Assembly: GCA_036918135.1 (NCBI GenBank)
Contig: JBALDB010000029.1
Location: 67,207 to 131,206 of the forward strand
DNA length: 64,000 nucleotides
Source of the DNA: Nostoc sp.
GTDB taxonomy: Bacteria; Cyanobacteriota; Cyanobacteriia; Cyanobacteriales; Nostocaceae
Reading direction: 5' to 3'
The position numbers were made by a program, and so were the translations under genes. The notes under the pieces are model-generated. The model ran no database searches, was not told the DNA's origin, and worked only from the letters and a program-made list of their open reading frames with translations. Positions 9,869-18,543 of this stretch are shown here, piece after piece; positions within the stretch are counted from its first letter, which is position 1; each line of letters opens with the position of its first letter.

Positions 9869-12054
9869 ATAAAATTATTGGTAAACCAGTAGATCGCGTT
9901 GATGGTAAGGTGAAAGTAACGGGACAAGCAGCATATACAGCCGATGTACCCATAGAGAATTTGACTTATGGCGTAATTTTTCAAAGTGCGATCGCCAGTG
10001 GCAAAATTATCGAAATAGATACATCAAAAGCTGCAGCCGTTCCTGGTGTAGTAGATATCATTACTTACGAGCAAACACCATCCTTAGTTAAAGTACCATC
10101 CTTTTCTCGCCCCCAAACTCAACCAAGCGAGAAAGACGACAACATCTACTACAATGGTCAACACCTGGGGATTGTAGTTGCCCAAACTTTAGAACAAGCC
10201 CAAACCGCCGCTGCTTTAGTCAAAGTTATCTTTGAAGAAGTACCGCCAACAATCACAATGGCAGAGGCAGAAATATTTGAGCCAGAAACAATATATTTTG
10301 GCATGATGCCAGGTAAAATCACTAGAGGCGATATCGAATCTGGCAAAGCAGAAGCAGATATTCTCGTGGAACAAATTTATTCCACGCCAATGGAACATCA
10401 TAATCCCCTAGAACCTTCTGGAACCATAGCGATATGGGAGGGGGATAATTTGACATTGTATGAAACTACCCAAGGAGTTTCTGCAACCCAACGAAACATC
10501 GCATCTGTTTTAAACATTCCTCAACAAAATGTCCGGGTCATCTCCAAATATTTAGGCGGAGGATTTGGTTGTAAAGCACTGCTTAGGTCTCATACTATTC
10601 TCTGTGCGATCGCTGCTAAACGAGTCAAGCGACCGGTGAAAGTTGTATTAACGCGATCGCAAATGTACACTAGTTGCGGCTACCGTTCCCAAACTCACCA
10701 GCATCTAACGCTAGGTGCAACCAAGGAAGGGAAGCTAACCCTGATCGATCACATTGGTACATCTTTAACTTCCTTGTTTGATGACTTTGTGGAACCCGTG
10801 GGTACAGCCACAACAATGATGTACGCCTGTGAGAATTTGCAAATCAAATATCGTTTGGCACGTATCAACGCTGGGACGCCAACCTTTATGCGCGGCCCCG
10901 GAGAAGCAACAGGGATGTTTGCCCTAGAATCAGCAATCGATGAACTCGCCTTTGCCTTAAATATTGACCCCATTGAACTGAGACTGAAAAATCATGCAGA
11001 TGTCGATCCCCATACAGGATTGCCTTGGTCGAGTAAATCCCTCAAACAATGTTACCAAAAAGGAGCAGAGATTTTTGGCTGGTCAAAACGCAACCCAGTT
11101 CCCCGTTCGATGCAAGAAGGTGATTTTTTGATTGGTTGGGGAATGGCAAGTGCGACATTTCCCAGCAACTCTGGTTCAGCATCAGTGAAAGTCGAAATTT
11201 TTGCCACTGGAGAGGTAAAAGTCCAAACTGGTACTCAAGACATCGGTACAGGTACTTATACAGTAATGACTCAAGTAGCTGCTGAGGTATTAGGCTTACC
11301 AGTGCAGTTTGAACTAGGTGATAGTAATTTTCCTCAAGCCCCGATTACCGGCAATTCAATTACAGTCGGCAGTGTTTCTCCGGCAGTGCATAAAGCAGCC
11401 AGTACCACACGAGATAGAATAATTGAAATGGCGATCGCAGATCTGAATTCCCCTGTTTATGGATCTCAACTAGAAGATATTACAGTCGAGTCAGGGCAAA
11501 TATTCTTAAAACAAAACTTATCCCAGCGAGACACCTACAGCGATGTTCTGCGCCGTCAGGGGTTAGAAAGTCTAGAAGTCACAGAACAAACCTCACCCAA
11601 CCCAGAGAGTAAAAACTATGCCAAACACTCTTTTGGCGTCATCTTTGTGGAAGTCGCCGTTGACGAACTTTTGGGAGAAATCAAAGTCAGACGTTGCGTA
11701 GGCGTTTACGATGCAGGGCGAATTCTCAACTTGAAGACAGCACGCAGTCAAGTTATTGGCGGGATTACTTGGGGAATTGGCATGGCATTGATGGAGAAAA
11801 CCGTAATGGATGCTAATCAAGGCAGAATAGTTGGTGCCAATCTTTCAGACTACTTGATTCCCGTTCATGCAGATATTCCAAATATGGATGTGCAATTTAT
11901 TGAGGAACAAGATTCTTATGTGAATGCACTAGGAACTAAAAGCCTGGGAGAACTTCCCATTGTTGGCGTAGCCGCTGCCATATCTAATGCAGTTTATCAT
12001 GCCACAGGTAAACGAATTCGTGACCTACCAATTACACCAGATAAGTTGTTGTAA
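9865..12054 (+). CDS. Xanthine dehydrogenase family molybdopterin-binding subunit (PaoC/YagR-like)
   Basis: GGGFGCK, MRGPGE, DIGTG and KSLGE motifs; ATGA overlap with the upstream gene. Confidence 0.93.
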   Translation: MNKIIGKPVDRVDGKVKVTGQAAYTADVPIENLTYGVIFQSAIASGKIIEIDTSKAAAVPGVVDIITYEQTPSLVKVPSFSRPQTQPSEKDDNIYYNGQHLGIVVAQTLEQAQTAAALVKVIFEEVPPTITMAEAEIFEPETIYFGMMPGKITRGDIESGKAEADILVEQIYSTPMEHHNPLEPSGTIAIWEGDNLTLYETTQGVSATQRNIASVLNIPQQNVRVISKYLGGGFGCKALLRSHTILCAIAAKRVKRPVKVVLTRSQMYTSCGYRSQTHQHLTLGATKEGKLTLIDHIGTSLTSLFDDFVEPVGTATTMMYACENLQIKYRLARINAGTPTFMRGPGEATGMFALESAIDELAFALNIDPIELRLKNHADVDPHTGLPWSSKSLKQCYQKGAEIFGWSKRNPVPRSMQEGDFLIGWGMASATFPSNSGSASVKVEIFATGEVKVQTGTQDIGTGTYTVMTQVAAEVLGLPVQFELGDSNFPQAPITGNSITVGSVSPAVHKAASTTRDRIIEMAIADLNSPVYGSQLEDITVESGQIFLKQNLSQRDTYSDVLRRQGLESLEVTEQTSPNPESKNYAKHSFGVIFVEVAVDELLGEIKVRRCVGVYDAGRILNLKTARSQVIGGITWGIGMALMEKTVMDANQGRIVGANLSDYLIPVHADIPNMDVQFIEEQDSYVNALGTKSLGELPIVGVAAAISNAVYHATGKRIRDLPITPDKLL

Positions 12055-12381
12055 TATTAAGTCCAGCTAAGTTAGTTATAATTTCTGAATTTATGTAGAT
12101 AAGCAATAGAAACCCCTCCCCAAGGTATTAGGAGGGTGCGCGACAGTGCGGGTGAGGTATTTTATATGCCTTACCAACTTGAAATCTGCGATAAATTCTA
12201 AAAAGAAACTACCAGAAAAAATCAAGATAATCTGTAAAAAATAATCATAGTTGCTCATATGATGTCCGGTTAAACACAAGTCAATTGCGTACTCCTTTGG
12301 AGAACCCGTAGGATACCAAGTGAAGCAATCACAAAATTTCTATGATTAGACTAGTAAACTTCAATTACCCCATTACCTTTT

Positions 12382-13779
12382 ATGACAACTCAGTTTTCAT
12401 GGACTAAGCAGTGGTATCCAATTAGTCCGTTAAGCTATTTGGATATTCATAATCTCACCCCGGTCACTCTTCTGGGGAAAAAGTTAGTGATTTGGAGAGA
12501 CAAAAATCAAAAATGGATAGTAATGAATGATGTTTGTCCTCACAAGTTGGCGCGGCTATCTATGGGAAGTATCACTGAAGATGGAACCGTGATGTGTAGA
12601 CATCATGGTTGGTGTTTTGATGGGGACGGAAAATGCACTCTTATTCCCATGTTGGCTGGTAATAAAGCAGAAATAACCGCTTGCAATAGTTTAAGATCGA
12701 GAATTACTACATATCCCACACAAGTAATTCAAGGATTACTTTGGGTCTGGCCAGATGATAGTTCTACAGCCTTTGAAGATTGTAATTTTAAGCAACCTGC
12801 TACTATACCTGAGTGCGAACTAGATATATCTTCCACGCCCTGGCACATGACAGAAGTTCCAGTTGGTTATACGGTCTCTGTTGAAAGTACCTTTGACCCT
12901 TCTCATGCAGAATTTCTTCATGAAGGAATAGGTTTATTTTCACCTCAAACAGCTCTGCCTATGAAAGATTTTGAAGCTATTGGAGAAATATCGGCTGAAG
13001 GAGGTTTTACTCTTAAACATCAAGGTTACAATCTTTCCAACATGGATATGGAAGCTATGCGGAAGTTTACTCCACCTTGCTGTAACACTACAATATACCA
13101 CTATCCTAATGGGAAAACTAATTTATTTCAGTTGTATTTTGTACCCGTACAACCAGGGGTTTGTAGGTACATTGGTAAGTTTGTTTCTGATATAAATTCC
13201 CTAAAAAAGAACTTTTTGTTTGAGATTATGCCCAAGGATTTACAAACTGGATTACAGCACTTATCTACATACAAGTTAAACGATCAAGATTTATCAGCTA
13301 TGCACTCCCAAGAAGTAAATCAGTCATCATTAGACAAAAAATGGCAACGGGCATACTTTATGCCTTCTCCTGCTGATATAGGCATCATAACTTTTAGAAA
13401 ATGGCTAGATGAATTTGCTGGAGGTAGTCCTTCATGGCAAGGGTGTGTAGAAGGGAGTGTAAAACAATTAAATGATGAACAACTATACGACCGATGGCAT
13501 AGACATACAAAGCATTGTCCTAGTTGTCGCAATTCTGTGATTTTTATTGAAAAAGTCCGAAATTTTTGTAATATTTGCAGTTTAATATTTACGCTTTTAA
13601 CATTGGTCTTTATCTTAGTAGGTTTTCCTCTGAAACTGGTAGTGATACCAACAATTATTGGAGTTTTGAGTTCTTTATTCTCATATATGTCAGACGAGAG
13701 CAGGCAACTTTTTCTTAGCAGTATTCCAAAAAGAGGTTTACCTTTGGTCAAACTTTATGGAAACAAAGCAAAGAAGTGA
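12382..13779 (+). CDS. Rieske non-heme oxygenase, pheophorbide a oxygenase/Tic55-like
   Basis: CPH...CRHHGW Rieske site, DPSHAEFLH mononuclear Fe site, HTKHCPSC motif and two C-terminal hydrophobic helices. Confidence 0.88.
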   Translation: MTTQFSWTKQWYPISPLSYLDIHNLTPVTLLGKKLVIWRDKNQKWIVMNDVCPHKLARLSMGSITEDGTVMCRHHGWCFDGDGKCTLIPMLAGNKAEITACNSLRSRITTYPTQVIQGLLWVWPDDSSTAFEDCNFKQPATIPECELDISSTPWHMTEVPVGYTVSVESTFDPSHAEFLHEGIGLFSPQTALPMKDFEAIGEISAEGGFTLKHQGYNLSNMDMEAMRKFTPPCCNTTIYHYPNGKTNLFQLYFVPVQPGVCRYIGKFVSDINSLKKNFLFEIMPKDLQTGLQHLSTYKLNDQDLSAMHSQEVNQSSLDKKWQRAYFMPSPADIGIITFRKWLDEFAGGSPSWQGCVEGSVKQLNDEQLYDRWHRHTKHCPSCRNSVIFIEKVRNFCNICSLIFTLLTLVFILVGFPLKLVVIPTIIGVLSSLFSYMSDESRQLFLSSIPKRGLPLVKLYGNKAKK

Positions 13780-14095
13780 AATTACACCACACAAGCGTTT
13801 AAAATCTTCTGATTTCAGGCTCTTTACCTGGAAATTAGGTCATTTATGCTACCCAATTCTAACCTACTTGTCTCACGCATCTAGGACTTTTGCAAGAGGT
13901 CTATTGAATAGAATTGTTGTTATACAAACTTGGGTATCTTTACTGTGAATTTACAGTCAATAAAATACAGAGTAAATAACTGTTAGAAAATAATGTGGTT
14001 TTAACTACGTTATTGAGTTGAATTAGTAAGATAAACTTGTCGAATGAATTTCATCAAAGTACGGAATTTTATTTAGTAACAAAAAAGGATAACCA

Positions 14096-14320
14096 ATGAG
14101 CAGAGAAGTAGCCAAAGTAGTTTTATGGGAACAAAACCAAAAAGATTTTCTAAAAAAGTTCTATGATTTACAATTTATTCCCAGAATAGGAGAGGAAATT
14201 TACCTAAAAAAGGAGAAGTGGAAAGTAACTAGAGTTGAACATGATTTAGAAGTAAATGAGATTAATATCTCCATAGAATTAATCAAAAAAGTGAAGCAGG
14301 ATAAACCATCTAATTTATAG
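14096..14320 (+). CDS. Small hypothetical protein (74 aa)
   Basis: ATG after AAGGA RBS; plausible globular composition (FIPRIGEEI). Confidence 0.6.
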   Translation: MSREVAKVVLWEQNQKDFLKKFYDLQFIPRIGEEIYLKKEKWKVTRVEHDLEVNEINISIELIKKVKQDKPSNL

Positions 14321-14321
14321 A

Positions 14322-14430
14322 TATAGCAGGAGGTAGGGGGCAGTTTTTGCTGGAGGCAGGAGGTAAAAACATTACTCTTCCTGACATTCACGCTTGTTAT
14401 TATGTTCTAACCTATATAACTACAGCTATA
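14322..14430 (-). repeat. Dispersed TATAGC...GCTATA miniature element, copy B
   Basis: Reverse complement aligns with copy A at 4436-4541. Confidence 0.78.
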
Positions 14431-14679
14431 AAATTGACGTTAGGCGCGAGAATCATGTCTTTGCACTCTATAATTTTCGTCAAAAAACTTAACCTAACTG
14501 TGTTGACATAGCTAGCTGTACTACCCTATGGGAAATCTATATTTACCAAGATTTTCGTGAACTGGTATCAGTCTTAACGAAAAGTCTTGGAGCAAACCTG
14601 ATATGACTTCTAAATTTTACTGTATTTAAAAGTCATATCAAAATTCGTATTTCTACTTCTAAAGGCTAGTTTTTATTTT

Positions 14680-16035
14680 TCAAACTCCCAACTTCACTCC
14701 TCGAATCGAATAATCCAACAACTCCATTGGGTGAATAACTGAAATCTTCTTTTCTTGCGACTGTAAATGCTTAGTAATTTGCAAAGTACATCCCGGATTA
14801 GCAGAAGCAATTAATTCAGCACCAGTATTCAACAAATTCTGTACTTTTTGCTGACCCAATTCTTCAGAAACCTCTGGTTGCAACATATTATAAACCCCAG
14901 CGCTGCCACAACACAAAGCCGCATCTATGGGTTCTCTCAACTTCACCCCTGGAATTTGCCGCAACAACTGACGCGGTTGCACGCTAATTTTTTGTCCGTG
15001 CAATAAATGACAAGCATCTTGATAAACTAAATTCAAAGTTTTATCTGTTAACGGTGAAAGTTTCGCTGTTAATCCAACAGTTGCCAAAAACTCTTGAGCA
15101 TCTTTCACCTTAGCTGCAAAATCCTTTGCCTTTTCGCGATATTCTGGATCGTCTTCTAAAATGTGACCATACTCTTTTAAAGTATGACCGCAACCAGCAG
15201 CATTAATAATTACAAAATCTACATCACTCTTAGCAAAACTATCAATCATCTGCCTTGCTAAAGCCTTTGCTTGTTCTGTTTGTCCTTGGTGTTCGGGAAG
15301 CGCCGCACAACAACCTTGAGATTTGGGAATCACAACTTCACAACCATTCGCCGTTAAAACCCGCACTGTCGCTTCATTCACTGGAGAGAAAAATAATCGT
15401 TGTACACATCCCAAAATTACCCCAACTCGGTAGCGTTTTTCACCTTTAGCGGGAATCACAGTAGGTAAATTATCTTGAAAAGATTTGAGAGTAATTTCTG
15501 GCAGAATTGATTCCATTGCTGCCAAACGAGGAGATATTTTCTTGAGTAAACCCGTAGCTCGAACTAACTTAGCAAAACCCAACTTTTGATAAGCTAACAA
15601 AGGAACTAATAAAACCCGTAAAAGATGAGGATAGGGAAACAGAGAAAATATTAATTGACGAAATAACTTGTCTGGTAAACTGCGGGGATAATTACGTTCA
15701 ACTTGGTGACGAGTTGCCGAAATTAACTTGTCATACTGCACGCCAGAAGGACAAGTAGTCACACAAGCAAGACAGCCCAAACAAGAATCGAAATGTTCTA
15801 CTGTTGCCGTATTGAGAGGAATTTTACCTTCATTAATTGCATCCATTAAATAGACACGTCCTCTAGGAGAATCCATCTCCTTACCCAATACCCGATAACT
15901 CGGACAAGTCGAGAGACAAAATCCACAATGAACACAACTATCAATCAACTTTGGTTCAGGCGGATGATTAACATCAAACCCCTGCAAATTATTGAAACTA
16001 ACCAGATGATTAATAGAATCTTCTGAAACTTGCAT
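14680..16035 (-). CDS. glcF: Glycolate oxidase Fe-S subunit
   Basis: CVHCGFCLSTCP and CLGCLACVTTCP clusters, CCG domains; adjacent to glcE. Confidence 0.9.
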   Translation of the reverse strand: MQVSEDSINHLVSFNNLQGFDVNHPPEPKLIDSCVHCGFCLSTCPSYRVLGKEMDSPRGRVYLMDAINEGKIPLNTATVEHFDSCLGCLACVTTCPSGVQYDKLISATRHQVERNYPRSLPDKLFRQLIFSLFPYPHLLRVLLVPLLAYQKLGFAKLVRATGLLKKISPRLAAMESILPEITLKSFQDNLPTVIPAKGEKRYRVGVILGCVQRLFFSPVNEATVRVLTANGCEVVIPKSQGCCAALPEHQGQTEQAKALARQMIDSFAKSDVDFVIINAAGCGHTLKEYGHILEDDPEYREKAKDFAAKVKDAQEFLATVGLTAKLSPLTDKTLNLVYQDACHLLHGQKISVQPRQLLRQIPGVKLREPIDAALCCGSAGVYNMLQPEVSEELGQQKVQNLLNTGAELIASANPGCTLQITKHLQSQEKKISVIHPMELLDYSIRGVKLGV

Positions 16036-16112
16036 AATTATTTTTTTCTCCCCTCTTCCTTTGCGTTCTTGGTGGTAACCGATGGCAAGCCTCTGTCTAC
16101 GTTTTCTGCCAA

Positions 16113-17462
16113 TTAAATTCCACCCACAAACCGACCAGGACTTAAAATATTCTTACTATCAAACTGTTCCTTAATAAGACGCATCAATGGCAAACCATTG
16201 CCCGTATAACCCCAAACATCTATTTGTTCTTTAACCGCCACTGGTGCTTCCAGAATTGTTAAAAAACCACTATGAGCTTGAGTGCGTAGGGGCAGCCCGC
16301 CGTAGGCATCGCCTCCGGCTAAGCGTAACCCATCGCGCATTTGCAAAACCTGATTTTTATTCTCTAATTGTAACAAACCCAAACCACTACTAAGATGAAT
16401 TAGACCCAACTCTACCTTAGATAAAATCTCTACCGCAGCAGTAGGTAACACTCCTATTTTGCAGGTAATTACAGATTCTTGAACAGGATAATGTATTCGT
16501 TGTTGCAATCTTTGCCATAGATTAGCTTCATCACCATCTATATAAATTGCCCCATCCAAACCCAACTTTTGCCCTACTTCCAAAACTCGGTTCGACTGTT
16601 CCTTAACACTCTCACTAATATTTTGAAAGCGCGCAATTAAGCCCAACCCTTCACCCAAACCTAAGCTAGACACCAATTTAGTTGATAGTAAATCAGCCTG
16701 AACTGGTGTTAACGCTGAACCTCGCAGAGTATCAGCCGCTTGAGATACAGCCTCAACTTTCCCTGTCAGTACTACCGTTGCCGATGCTTCTTGTAACGGG
16801 TAGAGTCGAAAAGTTACTTGACTAATAACTCCTAATGTGCCATAAGAACCCGTAAACAACTTCATCAAATCATATCCGGCAACATTTTTGACTACTCTTC
16901 CCCCAGCTTTGGCGATTTCTCCGTCAGCACGTACAAAAGTAATACCTAGTAATTGGTCGCGCACGCTACCATAGCGTTGTCGTAGAGAACCTGTATCACC
17001 TGTGGCAACGATACCACCGATGGTTGCTGATTCTGGCGCTGTGGGGTCAAGGGCGAGAAATTGCCGTGAGCTTGCTAAAAGTGCTTCCAGCTTTGAAAAC
17101 TTCATCCCGGCTTCGACAGTGACAGTCAAATCACCCACAGCGTGTTCAATCAATCGGTTGATGCGTTTTGTACTGACTACAACATCAACGCCTTTGGCTA
17201 AACCACCCCAAGAGAGTTTACTACCACTACCACAGGGGAGGACGCGCCAACTGTTTTTAGCAGCTGTGGCGATGACTGCGGCTAGCTGTTCTTGGGTACG
17301 GGGATAGACGATACAACTGGGAAGCTTTCGGGGAGCTATGGCCTGTTGAATACGTTTTTGCTGAGCTAGTTCGATATTTTCCCAAAGGCAAACAGCGTTT
17401 TCTTCGCCAACGATAGATGTAAGAGCAGAAGCGTAGACGCCTTGCGGCTTGTCGTTAGACAT
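16113..17462 (-). CDS. glcE: Glycolate oxidase FAD-binding subunit
   Basis: ATIGGIVAT, GGRVVKNVAGYDL.KLF.GS.GTLG and FDSKNILSPG; ATG at 17462 chosen. Confidence 0.88.
   Translation of the reverse strand: MSNDKPQGVYASALTSIVGEENAVCLWENIELAQQKRIQQAIAPRKLPSCIVYPRTQEQLAAVIATAAKNSWRVLPCGSGSKLSWGGLAKGVDVVVSTKRINRLIEHAVGDLTVTVEAGMKFSKLEALLASSRQFLALDPTAPESATIGGIVATGDTGSLRQRYGSVRDQLLGITFVRADGEIAKAGGRVVKNVAGYDLMKLFTGSYGTLGVISQVTFRLYPLQEASATVVLTGKVEAVSQAADTLRGSALTPVQADLLSTKLVSSLGLGEGLGLIARFQNISESVKEQSNRVLEVGQKLGLDGAIYIDGDEANLWQRLQQRIHYPVQESVITCKIGVLPTAAVEILSKVELGLIHLSSGLGLLQLENKNQVLQMRDGLRLAGGDAYGGLPLRTQAHSGFLTILEAPVAVKEQIDVWGYTGNGLPLMRLIKEQFDSKNILSPGRFVGGI
16284..16336. repeat. 45-bp compound small-dispersed-repeat insertion in a HIP1 site within glcE
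   Basis: GCG + 21 nt + ATCGC + 19 nt + ATCGC; removal restores GCGATCGC and keeps the frame. Confidence 0.75.
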
Positions 17463-17465
17463 CGC
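17431..17465. repeat. 27-bp small-dispersed-repeat insertion in a HIP1 site at the glcE 5' end
   Basis: GCG-TAGACGCCTTGCGGCTTGTCGTTAGAC-ATCGC. Confidence 0.75.
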
Positions 17466-17895
17466 TTTTATTAAATTTATTTTTTTACACCCTACATCTA
17501 ATTTACTGGCTAAGCTGACCAAAAAAGTGCATTGTCATTATATAAGTAGGTGAAGGTAAATAAACTAAAAATAACTTGATAACTAAATAAAGATATATGA
17601 AGTGATAGGTGCTGGCATTATTTGAAAATTAAAACATCTGTTAAAGATTATCCAGCGCGATTGTGCTATCTTTCCACTGCTGGCTTTAGGCGATTACCGC
17701 TAGTTTCCTCGCCCCTTGTACTCGCGTTCGCCTTTGCAGCTCAACGATCGCCTGCCAACCAAAAAACCCTTGTTTTTACGTTTTTACGTACCGCATTTTT
17801 TCTCTACACCCAAATCACTTGCTATTTACATCTTCTACGTGTTATGTATAACTTTAAGTACAAAATTTTTATTTAAATTACGTAGGAAGAATATT

Positions 17896-18102
17896 GTGAC
17901 TAAGAAAAATGCCAAAATACCATTCTTTACTTTTCTAAAAGGGCAAGATATTACTGACCAAGAATCAGAATTAATCAGCGGTGGATGTCAACCACCAATT
18001 GTTAAACCAAAGCCACCAAAGCCAACAGTAATTTTAATAACAATATACGATGATTATGTTGGTGGGTCAGTAGTACCAATAAAACTTAGCGCTCCTGGTT
18101 AA
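17896..18102 (+). CDS. Putative RiPP precursor peptide with microviridin/graspetide-like leader (68 aa)
   Basis: GTG after AGGAAG; leader IPFFTFLKGQDITDQESELISGG; 17-bp perfect hairpin downstream. Confidence 0.65.
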   Translation: MTKKNAKIPFFTFLKGQDITDQESELISGGCQPPIVKPKPPKPTVILITIYDDYVGGSVVPIKLSAPG

Positions 18103-18158
18103 AGTTAAAAGATATCGCCTAATATAGACGCCAAAACTAATCACTAAACCTATCCATC

Positions 18159-18210
18159 TACCGTAGTTTACAAAACTCCACGCAAGACTGAATTTTTGTA
18201 AACTACGGTA
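18159..18210. terminator. Long hairpin, putative terminator or transcript 3' stabiliser
   Basis: TACCGTAGTTTACAAAA / TTTTGTAAACTACGGTA perfect 17-bp inverted repeat between convergent genes. Confidence 0.55.
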
Positions 18211-18449
18211 AATCCTTCAATTTCCAATCCCCAATCTCTAATGCCCAATGCCAAAAACCACCCCCACAACCGATACACGGGGTGATTTATTCCATACATG
18301 CCATTAGCCACCCCTAGAAAGCCCAGGAAAGCTTGATTATACTATCCCTATAACCAAGAAACTCATTTAAAGTGTACTTAAGAGATATATTGTTAAGAAA
18401 CTAACAAATAACAATAGGACAAAAATTGTCCATCACCGCCAAATAAAGA

Positions 18450-18541
18450 TATAGCCGTAGTCACACCCTTTAGGACATAATGACAAGCGTAAATGTTAAT
18501 GTTAGGAGCAGTAATAGTTTTACCTCCTGCCTCCTGCTATA
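18450..18541 (+). repeat. Dispersed TATAGC...GCTATA miniature element, copy C
   Basis: TATAGCCGTAGTCACAC...TTAGGACAT...TTTTACCTCCTGCCTCCTGCTATA. Confidence 0.78.
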
Positions 18542-18543
18542 TA

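Noticed and set aside
13995..14008. NtcA-like GTG-N8-TAC upstream of the 74-aa ORF
   Set aside because: Imperfect site with non-canonical spacing to a -10 box
17622..17895. ORF 17622-17876, the 5' extension of 17716-18102, and the GC-richer patch at about 17650-17760
   Set aside because: No recognisable product or convincing structure; the RBS supports the GTG at 17896
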